DNA of 64,000 bases from Candidatus Poribacteria bacterium (GTDB taxonomy: Bacteria > Poribacteria > WGA-4E > WGA-3G). The DNA is taken from assembly GCA_965198235.1 (NCBI GenBank), contig OZ240248.1, positions 2,912,001 to 2,976,000 on the forward strand, given 5' to 3'. The position numbers and the translations under genes are program-made. Position 1 is the stretch's first letter. Every line of letters begins with the position of its first letter. Shown here piece by piece: positions 30,566-39,554 of the stretch. The notes below the pieces were generated by a model. That model saw only the letters and a list, made by a program, of their open reading frames with translations, was not told where the DNA came from and searched no databases.

Positions 30566-31615
30566 TTAAAAGTACGGCACCCCTTGCGCATTGACATAAA
30601 CTGAATAGAGGGATTGGCTGCCTGCCATAAAGAGCCTGTTGCGTTTCACGCCGCCGAAACAGATATTTGCACAAATTTCTGGAAGATGAATTTTCCCGAT
30701 AAGTGTTCCGTCTGGTGCGAAGATATGCACACCGTCGTACCCTTCGCCGACCCAGCCAGCACCCGCCCACAAATTTCCGTCAATATCGCACCGAAGACCA
30801 TCAGCAGCACCAGGTACCATATCAGCGAATACCTGTTTGTTAGCCAACCGTTCACCGTTTGCTACATCATAGACAACGATATTTTTTGGTGTACCGGTAT
30901 CAGCAATGTAAAGTTTATTGTAATCGGGCGAAAAACAGATGCCGTTCGGTCTTTCGATTTCATTCGTCACAACGACTGCTTCGCCAGTGTCTGGGTTCAG
31001 GCGGTAGACGGAAGTAGGTAATTCAAATTCTGCTTTATGTCCTTCATAATGGGAAAGGATACCGTATCCCGGATCAGTAAACCAGATGTGTCCGTCAGGA
31101 TGGACAGCCGCATCATTCGGTGCGTTGAAGCGTTTTCCGTCAAAGTTGTCTATGAGGACGGTGATAGTCCCGTCGTATTCAGTGCGTGTGACACGTCGTG
31201 TCCCGTGTTCACAACTGACGAGTCTACCTTGCCGGTCGCGTGTGTGCCCGTTGGTATAGTTAGCGGGTTTGCGATAGACACTCACCATACCGGTGGCTTC
31301 CTGCCATTTCAGAATACGATTGTTTGGAATATCACTCCAAAGGAGGTAGCCTCCATCACCGAACCAGACAGGTCCCTCTGCCCAGCGCGATCCCGTCCAT
31401 AACCGTTCCACAACAGCGTTCCCGATTTTGTATTTGGCGAAACGCGGGTCAATGACTTCAACGGCTGGATCGGGATAACGGGTAATCGGTCCCTCTTTCG
31501 TAGGAATATCTGCCCAAGCGGTTAGAGGACGGATCGCTTCCAACCACGGCAGAGCGGCACTGACCCCCAAACCGCGTAAAAATGTTCGACGTGAAAACTG
31601 TTTTGATGTGTTCAT
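30566..31615 (-). CDS. SMP-30/gluconolactonase family protein with Tat signal
   Basis: WAEGPVW, WSDIPNNR, NAPND, WFTDPGYG, PNGICFSPD, DGLRCD. Confidence 0.93.
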   Translation of the reverse strand: MNTSKQFSRRTFLRGLGVSAALPWLEAIRPLTAWADIPTKEGPITRYPDPAVEVIDPRFAKYKIGNAVVERLWTGSRWAEGPVWFGDGGYLLWSDIPNNRILKWQEATGMVSVYRKPANYTNGHTRDRQGRLVSCEHGTRRVTRTEYDGTITVLIDNFDGKRFNAPNDAAVHPDGHIWFTDPGYGILSHYEGHKAEFELPTSVYRLNPDTGEAVVVTNEIERPNGICFSPDYNKLYIADTGTPKNIVVYDVANGERLANKQVFADMVPGAADGLRCDIDGNLWAGAGWVGEGYDGVHIFAPDGTLIGKIHLPEICANICFGGVKRNRLFMAGSQSLYSVYVNAQGVPYF

Positions 31616-31676
31616 AAGCATCTCCGATAATTGGTGTTCAGTTCACCATAATATGCCAGTAATTTGTCACATTGAT

Positions 31677-32672
31677 TTACATAACATCAGACGTGCCCCA
31701 ACGTTCAACATACATAAGCATAATCTGATTGTGAATAAATTCATATTTCTCAGGGCAACAGGAACGGAGTTTATGGGGATATAGAAGATAAGATGCGATA
31801 CTATCTGCCATATCCTCATTTGGATCTTCTTCAAAAGCGTAATCTGTTATAAACTCTGATCGTTCTTTGGTTGTTGACCAACCCGATTCGCTTGAATCTC
31901 GACGCCATCCCCCAAGTTTCGCCCACTCCGCTCTCAGTTCTCTATTGAAAACATAAGCCCATAAAAAATGCGCCTTCTCGTGGGCAATTACGTGCCGAGC
32001 CCTAAAAGAATTACCGCGGCGAAAAATGGATTCAGCAAACTCTATGTGACCACGACCTGTCCGAGCATAACTAATTCCTCTTTCATCCTTATTTTCATCC
32101 TTATCAATTCTACGAATTATATACTTTAATCTCGGTATTTTATGGAGTGCCTGAGGGAATGCTTCAAATACTGATATAACGAGCATCAGCTCTTCATTTT
32201 CAAAATTTGAATAGCGTGTTAATGTCTTGCTTGTGGTGCCCTCGGTTGATGAATCATAAGAGGGGACGTATATACCGTACCTTTTTTGCAATATCAATTC
32301 TATTATGGATCTGTTTGTCCCATTCTCTGTTATGAATTGAACGATAGCGTAATATAGGTGCTTGCCCGGTGATACAACCTCTTGGGATCCTTCAACTGGA
32401 AAAATATCCTTACTAACAGTAACGAACTTTACTTTATCTTTGGATTCAATTTTAATTCCATTTTCTAAGCCATCTTCACTTATATTCCATCTGGAAAATT
32501 GTAAATTCAGATTTGGGGATATGGATTCAAAGACTTTAAAAAGCGCGTATGCATGTTTTGTAGTCCACGTAGCATCTAAGTAAACGGAATATTTTTCCTC
32601 CAACTGTGACATAGGATTGTTACTTGGCATTTCATAATAATGAGATGTATAACAACTTGGCTGGAGAATCAT
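31677..32672 (-). CDS. Putative zincin metallopeptidase (HExxH); AT-rich, start uncertain
   Basis: IAHEKAHF plus downstream YA...EDMADS third-ligand pattern. The ORF-track extension to 32858 passes through repeat sequence. Confidence 0.6.
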   Translation of the reverse strand: MILQPSCYTSHYYEMPSNNPMSQLEEKYSVYLDATWTTKHAYALFKVFESISPNLNLQFSRWNISEDGLENGIKIESKDKVKFVTVSKDIFPVEGSQEVVSPGKHLYYAIVQFITENGTNRSIIELILQKRYGIYVPSYDSSTEGTTSKTLTRYSNFENEELMLVISVFEAFPQALHKIPRLKYIIRRIDKDENKDERGISYARTGRGHIEFAESIFRRGNSFRARHVIAHEKAHFLWAYVFNRELRAEWAKLGGWRRDSSESGWSTTKERSEFITDYAFEEDPNEDMADSIASYLLYPHKLRSCCPEKYEFIHNQIMLMYVERWGTSDVM

Positions 32673-32854
32673 GATTAACAAAGGGAGAGCGGCAAAACCG
32701 AAAGGTAAATTAAAAGAGGTACATCCTGAAACAAAGTGGAAGGGTTTTGCTTGAGGTATTTGCTTGGAAATTTCTTCAGATATACGGAATAGGCACGTCG
32801 ATTTAACCAACACAACTGACCGAACCGCAAGGAAAATTAGAAAAATTCGCATCA

Positions 32855-35293
32855 TCAATTGTCCTTTGTGCCACGTCGCAACCGGAACGGATCACTCTTG
32901 ACGATCTCTGTAATCAGCACAGAGCTTCTATAACCTCTGGCTTCAAGTTGTGCAACGATCCTGTCAACGATCGATCGGTCATAATATTCCAATCCTCTAC
33001 CTAAAGCATAGATTAACATTTTCTCTGTCAAACAGCGTAGGAATTGCTGTTTTCTGTCCTTGACGACCTGTTTCAGGTCGGCTACGCCGTGCAATACTGT
33101 TCCGTCTGGCAATTCCGCGGTTGTATCAATATCCAATTCGCCATCTTTCCACCGAAAAGCCCCAATCGCGTTGTAGTTTTCGAGTGCGAATCCGATTGGG
33201 TCCATTTTCGCATGACAGTTGGCACATGCGGGGTCTGCTCGGTGTTGCTCAAGCCGTTCACGTAGTGTACTCCCGTGAACCGCCTCACCCTCTTCTTCCA
33301 ATTCCGGGACATCTGGTGGCGGTGGTGGTGGTGGTGTACCGAGTATCTGTTCCAGAACCCAACGCCCCCTTTTGACGGGAGAGGTGCGCGTTGGGTTAGA
33401 AGTCACCGTCAAGACGCTGGCATGGCTAAGAATCCCACCACGCGAGGTACTCTGCAGCTTGACCCGTTGAAACGATCTGCCTTTAATCGCTTCGCCGCCG
33501 GGAACGATGTTCTTTTGTCCTCTCCAGTTTCCCTGTGTATCCATAATGCCGTAGTGATTTGCCAAGGGAGAATTGAGGAAAGTGTAATCGGCATCAATGA
33601 GGTCAAGTACACTCCGGTCTTCACGAAAGATTGATTCAAGAAAGAGTTCCGTCTCCTTTAACATGGCAGCGCGCAGTGCACCAGTGAATGTCGGAAATTG
33701 TTCGAGGTCGGGGGCAGCCGTTGTTAGTCGTTGGATTTGAAGCCATTGGGTTCCGAAATTACGGCCCAATTCGGATGCTTTCGGATCTGCCAACATGCGT
33801 TTAACTTGCGACTCCAGATTGGCAGTGAGTTGCTTCTTCCCAGCGAGTTCAAGGAGTTCGTCATCTGGCATGCTGCTCCACAAGAAGTAGGAGAGCCGAG
33901 AAGCGAGTTGAAACTCATCAATCGGATACGATTCTGAACGCTGTGGACGGTCGTCCAACTCCAACCGAAATAGGAACTTCGGTGAACAAAGAATGACTTT
34001 AATCGCCTCTTGAATGCCCGCTTCCCACGGCGCGCCATCCGCTTGAACTGATGCTACAAACTGTGTGAGTTGTTCCACTTCGTTTTCGGTGGGTGGACGA
34101 CGATAGCCGCGCCGAAGCAAACGCGTTAGCACTTCACGGGTCTGTTCTGCTTGGGAGATATCAGGTATGCACGCCAGAATTTCAAAATGAGAATCGGGTC
34201 TGGTTTCTAATGGTCCCTCTGCCCAGAGCGTGCGAATCTGGAGTTTAGCATGCGGTTCACCTTCTATTGGCTTAAGCATCGCAATACCGACTTTTTCAAT
34301 GTTAGGAATACCGGTCATAAGGAATTCAATTGTCTGTCTTTTTTCGTCATCGCGGGCGGTAATCTCAAAAGCCTTCAAAACCTTGATATTATTGTCTACC
34401 GTAGGATCTATGCCAACTAAGCGTGCGAGTTTCTCCGGTGGGGTCGTCTCCTCCAATTTGTCACCCTGAATGAATAAAGCGACTTCCACGGGTGTTTCGC
34501 TGTCCGTTTCGGCGTAAAGTGTTGCGCGGTAGACGATTTCTGCATCGGGAGATATCTTGAAATATGTCGCTCCCGTTGTAAAGGGACCAGATTTCCATGT
34601 TTCTGTGGCGGTTGGATCGAGCAGGCGGTAACGTTCATCAGGGACATCATCGTGGCGCGGATCAAGACGATTACCATTTTGGTAACGTTTGGAGGGTGGT
34701 GGTGGTGCCAACAAGATAACACGCGTGGCGATTGCCTCCGCGGCTTCAAGGTAACGCTCCATTAGAAGCGGTGACATCGTGAGCACATCACCGATATTAT
34801 CAAATCCGTGTCCGACATCATCTGCAGGAAAATTTTCGGTCGGGTTGAAATCAACTCCGAGTAGGTCTCGGACGGTATTCTTGTATTCGACTTTATTGAG
34901 TCGGCGGACCGTTACTCGTCCAGGGTCTGGCTTAGCCATGCGATCCGCATGTTCAAAGATCGCTTCAATGTGCGCAACAAAAGATTCCGACACTTCCATC
35001 GGCGGTTGATCGCTGTCCGATGGTGGCATCTGACCTGTCGTTAGCATGTCCAGAACCCGTTCCCAGATGTCCCGGTTTCCAATTAACGAGTGATTGTCCG
35101 TGAATGAATCCAAGGAGAGTTCGGCGGCAGGCTGATCACCGGCGTGACAACTAAAACAGTACTGTTCCAAGAACAAAGCACCATTTTGCGAAAAGTCGGA
35201 AGTGTCCTTTTCACCCGGGTTGGCAGTAAGTGCAACGAGCAGTAGCACTAAAATCAGACAAAAACATTGTGAGACATAATTGAGCGAAATCAT
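32855..35293 (-). CDS. DUF1592-type planctomycete cytochrome c protein (PSCyt/PSD domains)
   Basis: CFSCH and CANCH heme motifs, RRLNKVEY.NT, LASRLSYFLWSSMPD, RTSPVKRG.W. Confidence 0.93.
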   Translation of the reverse strand: MISLNYVSQCFCLILVLLLVALTANPGEKDTSDFSQNGALFLEQYCFSCHAGDQPAAELSLDSFTDNHSLIGNRDIWERVLDMLTTGQMPPSDSDQPPMEVSESFVAHIEAIFEHADRMAKPDPGRVTVRRLNKVEYKNTVRDLLGVDFNPTENFPADDVGHGFDNIGDVLTMSPLLMERYLEAAEAIATRVILLAPPPPSKRYQNGNRLDPRHDDVPDERYRLLDPTATETWKSGPFTTGATYFKISPDAEIVYRATLYAETDSETPVEVALFIQGDKLEETTPPEKLARLVGIDPTVDNNIKVLKAFEITARDDEKRQTIEFLMTGIPNIEKVGIAMLKPIEGEPHAKLQIRTLWAEGPLETRPDSHFEILACIPDISQAEQTREVLTRLLRRGYRRPPTENEVEQLTQFVASVQADGAPWEAGIQEAIKVILCSPKFLFRLELDDRPQRSESYPIDEFQLASRLSYFLWSSMPDDELLELAGKKQLTANLESQVKRMLADPKASELGRNFGTQWLQIQRLTTAAPDLEQFPTFTGALRAAMLKETELFLESIFREDRSVLDLIDADYTFLNSPLANHYGIMDTQGNWRGQKNIVPGGEAIKGRSFQRVKLQSTSRGGILSHASVLTVTSNPTRTSPVKRGRWVLEQILGTPPPPPPPDVPELEEEGEAVHGSTLRERLEQHRADPACANCHAKMDPIGFALENYNAIGAFRWKDGELDIDTTAELPDGTVLHGVADLKQVVKDRKQQFLRCLTEKMLIYALGRGLEYYDRSIVDRIVAQLEARGYRSSVLITEIVKSDPFRLRRGTKDN

Positions 35294-35311
35294 CAGCTTC
35301 TTCAGGCTTTC

Positions 35312-36379
35312 CTATATTTGAAATGTGAGTGGTAAGGCAATATTTTCTTGCTTTACAATGGGTTGTTTAGATATAGGTTTATATCTAAAGTTAAGGCGTT
35401 TCAGTATTTTGCAGTCCGATACTTTTGCGGAAAGTGTCAGACGTTTGCCGCCTTCCACGGGTTGTAAACTCACCCCGTCTTTTTGGTGACCACATATCAC
35501 AGCAAGACCATGCTTGATATGCTTTACCAGTGTACCTTTGGTATATCCGAGGCATCTCGTGCCGCCATATCGCGGTCTTTTGCCGCCCTTTCTGGGCAGC
35601 TCCCTGTGTAGATTGCGTCTTTGTATAGATATAGGCGATATACAAAATATATCTGCATTATCCACATAAGGATTGCCGCCTACCACATGATATGCCAAGC
35701 ACCAACTATCCACACAATGTGCCTCAAAGACTTCAGCAGTCTTATTAGAGGACTTCTTCAAGCCAAGCGAGTCGCGTATATCTTTCGTTTCATGTCCCTG
35801 AAGTGTGAGCAACTCCCACTTCTTTCGGATTTCGCTATAGAACCATTCCTTGCCCACTTCAAGGGGGCTGAATGACTGGTTCCACTTCTTTTGATGCTTC
35901 TTGGTTCTTGCCTTAATATCTTCCACACATACTTGTGTGATTGGATACAGATTGGACAGCCAATCTAATATGTGCAGTTTCCAGTTCCACCTTCCACGCG
36001 TGCCAGCAGGGATGCGTTGCTTGTTAGTGAGTCTATTCATACGGTTCTTTCTATTGGGACACTTGCGTGAACGCCTGGACCTACGCAACTCTCGCCTTTT
36101 CGCAATCTTCTTGCCCACTTTGTTATGGGCATCGGCTTGAACATTCAGGTAAGTATGTTTCTCAGACTTCACTGTGAAACCTTCCTTTTTACTGCCAGGA
36201 TCCACACCAACCGCAATGTCCTGAGTATCTCTATCTGAAGGTTCCTTGTTAAGCCTTATACAAAATATGCCATTGTTAAAATAAGGTGTTGCTGCGCCAC
36301 GCTGAATAAGTTTCCTGGCACGCGAGGCATGCATTGGCATCAATTGCTGACCATCCTTCGATTTTACAGGTACTAACAT
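35312..36379 (-). CDS. isrB: IsrB, RNA-guided OMEGA nickase (RRXRR protein, split RuvC, no HNH)
   Basis: PLMP domain (GQQLMP...RARKL), RuvC-I GVDPGSK, Arg-rich bridge helix RRELRRSRR, RuvC-II CVEDIK, RuvC-III AHCVDS. 355 aa with no CxxC/HNH. Confidence 0.82.
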   Translation of the reverse strand: MLVPVKSKDGQQLMPMHASRARKLIQRGAATPYFNNGIFCIRLNKEPSDRDTQDIAVGVDPGSKKEGFTVKSEKHTYLNVQADAHNKVGKKIAKRRELRRSRRSRKCPNRKNRMNRLTNKQRIPAGTRGRWNWKLHILDWLSNLYPITQVCVEDIKARTKKHQKKWNQSFSPLEVGKEWFYSEIRKKWELLTLQGHETKDIRDSLGLKKSSNKTAEVFEAHCVDSWCLAYHVVGGNPYVDNADIFCISPISIQRRNLHRELPRKGGKRPRYGGTRCLGYTKGTLVKHIKHGLAVICGHQKDGVSLQPVEGGKRLTLSAKVSDCKILKRLNFRYKPISKQPIVKQENIALPLTFQI

Positions 36380-36590
36380 AAGTTTACATCTCCTTCTCAG
36401 GGTGTGTGCTTCCCCATCGAGATCGCGGAACCAGAGAGGATATAGACTTGAGGAGCATCCAATACCATCTTGTTGACTGCCACGCCAAGGTCCGCGATAT
36501 TTTACTCTATTCAGATTCTCACGTTGCAGGGTCCCCGCTTGGCTGCGGATATTCTAACAATCTCCAGTCTTTAGACTGGAGTATCTGAAT
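35312..36590 (-). mobile_element. Non-autonomous IS200/IS605-superfamily (isrB) element; right end uncertain
   Basis: isrB plus upstream scaffold with a subterminal hairpin at 36562-36581 and a candidate right-end hairpin at 35366-35389. No tnpA in the window. Confidence 0.6.
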
Positions 36591-36610
36591 CGTATGCTTC
36601 CCGAACTATG
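36385..36610 (-). ncRNA. omegaRNA (5' guide ~36610-36591, then scaffold)
   Basis: Nested stems: ATTCAGAT/ATCTGAAT (36590-36583 with 36516-36509), CTCCAGTCT/AGACTGGAG, ATCGCGGA/TCCGCGAT (36498-36491 with 36429-36422). The GGATGCTCCTCAAGTC loop can pair with downstream TCGATGGGGAAG as a pseudoknot, resembling known IscB/IsrB omegaRNA motifs. Confidence 0.72.
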
Positions 36611-36676
36611 GAACTAAGGTTTTGCTTTCTTGTGAAAACGTTTCGTTTGGTTATAAGTTTACGCTAATATGCAACC

Positions 36677-36706
36677 ATTATATCTCAGTATGAAGCCTAA
36701 AGGCAA
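36677..36706 (-). promoter_or_regulatory. sigma70-type promoter reading into omegaRNA-isrB-DUF1592
   Basis: TTGCCT-N18-TATAAT on the minus strand. Confidence 0.5.
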
Positions 36707-36881
36707 ATAAAAACCCACTAAATACGGGATTATTTAGTTTTCTGAACAGAATTTGCGCTTTATGGTCAATTCTGCTAAAATAGCGGCGTTAGAAACAGCA
36801 AGATTCCAAGCGACTGTCCACGTGTCCTTCTCACCCAACGCATCTAAATGTGTTGAAAACGCTATAGGAGTATCTCCAGCC

Positions 36882-37952
36882 ATGAATCGACACGAACAAG
36901 AAGCAATTGTGAACGCAGCAGCGTTGCAAACCGTCTGTAGCCAACTTTACCAAAAAGTAGGCGTTGCTCAATCAGATGCTGATACCGTCGCAGAAATGCA
37001 AGTCCTGATGGATTTACGCGGCGTTCATTCGCACGCGACACGCGCCGTCCCGCGTTATGTTCGCGGTATCATCAACGGTGATATAAATCCTAATCCACAA
37101 CTTCAAAGGCTTGAAGACAACGCCGCTTCTGTCTTGTTAGATGGCGACCGCGGATTGGGGCATCTCGTCGGTGTCCGTGCAATGAACATCGCCGTTGAAA
37201 AAGCGAAGTCGGCTTCGATTGGCGTGGCGATTGTTCGGAATAGCAATCACTTCGGGGCTGCTTCCAGCCATGCGATGCGAGCCACGGAACACGATATGAT
37301 CGGTTTCGCAACCACTAACGGACTCGGTGTGAATGTCGCTGTCTTCGGCGCAAGAAGCACTTCGATCGGGAATAATGCGCTCTCCTTTGCCGTCCCCGCC
37401 GGTGAAGAGCCGCCGATCGTATTGGATATGGCGTGTGGTGCTGCCGCCGCTGGGCGGATTGGTACCGCGAGGTTATATCAAGAAAAAATCCCGTTGGGAT
37501 GGGCACTGGACGCAGATGGCAATGAAACCGATGACCCCGGGAAGGTTGCCGCTATCTTACCTGCCGCGGGTCCCAAAGGCTCTGCCTTGGCAATCGTGAT
37601 GGATGTCTTATGCGGTCCGTTGAGTGGTGGGCTGATGGGGATCAACAAGCATTATCAGCCTGGAGATGCACCACGAGAAAAACGCGTATCAGCACACTTT
37701 TTCTTCGCAATCAACATCGCCAGTTTCACTTCCATTGTAGAATTCAAAGCTGAGATTGACCGACAGATTCGGATGACACGTCAAGCCACCCCGCGTAGCG
37801 GATTTACGCGCGTCACCCTACCTGGCGAGATTGAATGGGAATTGACGCAAGAACGCCTCGCAAACGGGATTCCCCTCCACAGGGAACCATTGCAGGAGAT
37901 TGAGCGACTCGCTGACGAATTAGATATTGAAATTCCGTGGGACCGAGTGTAA
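36882..37952 (+). CDS. Ldh_2 family (malate/L-lactate/ureidoglycolate-type) dehydrogenase
   Basis: DLRGVHSH, RNSNHFG, GNNAL.FAVP, LDMA, GPKGSAL, LPGE. Start at the ATG after TAGGAG. Confidence 0.9.
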   Translation: MNRHEQEAIVNAAALQTVCSQLYQKVGVAQSDADTVAEMQVLMDLRGVHSHATRAVPRYVRGIINGDINPNPQLQRLEDNAASVLLDGDRGLGHLVGVRAMNIAVEKAKSASIGVAIVRNSNHFGAASSHAMRATEHDMIGFATTNGLGVNVAVFGARSTSIGNNALSFAVPAGEEPPIVLDMACGAAAAGRIGTARLYQEKIPLGWALDADGNETDDPGKVAAILPAAGPKGSALAIVMDVLCGPLSGGLMGINKHYQPGDAPREKRVSAHFFFAINIASFTSIVEFKAEIDRQIRMTRQATPRSGFTRVTLPGEIEWELTQERLANGIPLHREPLQEIERLADELDIEIPWDRV

Positions 37953-38161
37953 TTACTGGTGGATACCGCAGAAGTATAGCCTGAACCGTGGATGACACAT
38001 AAGGCATATCCGAAAAAAGAGTAAAATCAATCAAACGGATATTATTATTTATAATACAGTAAGTTATGTATAAATTAACTTACTATTTCGTTTTCTATCG
38101 GTTCCATGAGATAAGTCGCGATCAGGAGGTCGTTCCCAAGCAAGTATCGTTAGATTTAGAT

Positions 38162-38252
38162 AGGACTTACGCAATTTTCCCATGGGACCTACGTATTGTG
38201 TGCTGCTGGCGAGGTTTCAAACCTCGCCAGCAAGGGTGTTTGCGTAAGTTCT
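38162..38252. mobile_element. ~90-bp MITE-like element with a nested REP palindrome
   Basis: Terminal inverted repeats AGGACTTACGCA / TGCGTAAGTTCT enclosing CTGGCGAGGTTTCAAACCTCGCCAG. Confidence 0.6.
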
Positions 38253-38297
38253 GTTAGAGATTGTTTACTGACTGACTTTGGAACAAACAGAAAAGAT

Positions 38298-38326
38298 TTG
38301 ACATTCGTCAGAGAATAGGATATAAT
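38298..38326 (+). promoter_or_regulatory. Consensus sigma70 promoter of argF
   Basis: TTGACA-N17-TATAAT. Confidence 0.75.
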
Positions 38327-38445
38327 TATGATTTCTCATTCACCAGTAGCGGTTGAAAACAGTCCAATAGGGGTAAGCTTTCCATGATTGACGAAAATAA
38401 AAGAACCGCGTGTGGATTTCTAAGCACCCTATTGTGGAGGTAATT

Positions 38446-39384
38446 ATGCACTTAATTACACTGAACCCATGGTCAGAAACAGACATTCTTGAAACAGTTG
38501 AAAACAGTCTGAACATCAAAAACCATCCCGAAAAGTACAGACACGCTGTCGGTGGAAAGAGCCTCTGTCTGCTTTTCCAAAAGACCTCTACGCGAACGCG
38601 CTGCGCCGGTGAGATTGGTATAACGCAGCTCGGAGGGCATGCACATTACCTCGATTGGCGCACCACAAACTTCGGTTTAGCCGACCTTAGCGATGAAATA
38701 CGCGTCCTCTCAGCGTATGTTGATGTCATCTTAGCCCGGTTCTTAAAGCACTCGGAACTCGCTGAAGCAGCAGCTGCAGCGACAGTACCGATGATTAATG
38801 GTTGCTGTGACAGATACCACCCAACACAAGCCCTCGGCGATCTGATGACGATACAAGAGCATCTCGGTAGACTGGAAGGGGTCAAATTGTGCTTCATCGG
38901 CGTGCATAACAACGTCTGTAATTCGCTGATTGCTGCCGGCATCAAAGTAGGTATTGAAGTCACGGTCGTTGCACCAGAGGTGAATCCTGCCGCTGTTGAC
39001 AAGGAACTGTGGGATGAAGCTTCTCGGAAAGGTCTCTATAAAACGTTTGATACCAATACCGAATCGGTAGGGAGTTCACTGGAGAAAGTGATTGCCGAAA
39101 GCGATATCGTCTACACAGATACATGGGTGGACATGGAATTCTTCACGGATCCGGCTTTTGCCAAAGAACGGAAACGTCGGTTAGAAAAGATGCTGCCGTA
39201 TCAATTGAATGCGGAACTGCTGAAGGCGCACGAGTGCCGGGTTATGCACTGCCTTCCTGCACACCACGGGTATGAAATTTCGGGTGAACTCGTCGACGAT
39301 GAACGTTCAATTATCTTCGAGCAATCCGAAAACCGCCTCCATAGCATGAAAGCGATCCTTCTCAAACTGCTTGCGCATGCCTAA
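38446..39384 (+). CDS. argF: Ornithine carbamoyltransferase (divergent clade)
   Basis: STRTR, HPTQ and HCLP motifs. Start at the ATG after GGAGG. Confidence 0.85.
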   Translation: MHLITLNPWSETDILETVENSLNIKNHPEKYRHAVGGKSLCLLFQKTSTRTRCAGEIGITQLGGHAHYLDWRTTNFGLADLSDEIRVLSAYVDVILARFLKHSELAEAAAAATVPMINGCCDRYHPTQALGDLMTIQEHLGRLEGVKLCFIGVHNNVCNSLIAAGIKVGIEVTVVAPEVNPAAVDKELWDEASRKGLYKTFDTNTESVGSSLEKVIAESDIVYTDTWVDMEFFTDPAFAKERKRRLEKMLPYQLNAELLKAHECRVMHCLPAHHGYEISGELVDDERSIIFEQSENRLHSMKAILLKLLAHA

Positions 39385-39554
39385 GTAAAGTAGTATGCAC
39401 GCTCCGTGGGTTCTCCGTAAACCATGAAAAGTAGTAAGCACATTCCGTGTGCCGTCCATCTACGGTTCAGACAACAATTATCACGCCTCTTTTGAATATC
39501 TAACCCAAGGAACTCTGAAAGCCTCCTCTTCCTTTCTAACGGTTACATAAAGAC

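Noticed and set aside
35312-36379. RRXRR protein as IscB, Cas9 or TnpB
   Set aside because: No HNH or CxxC between RuvC-II and RuvC-III, too short for IscB or Cas9, and it has a PLMP N-terminus with an upstream RNA rather than TnpB's zinc finger and downstream RNA.
38327-38390. Short ORF after the argF promoter as an Arg leader peptide
   Set aside because: It contains no Arg codons and no terminator follows.
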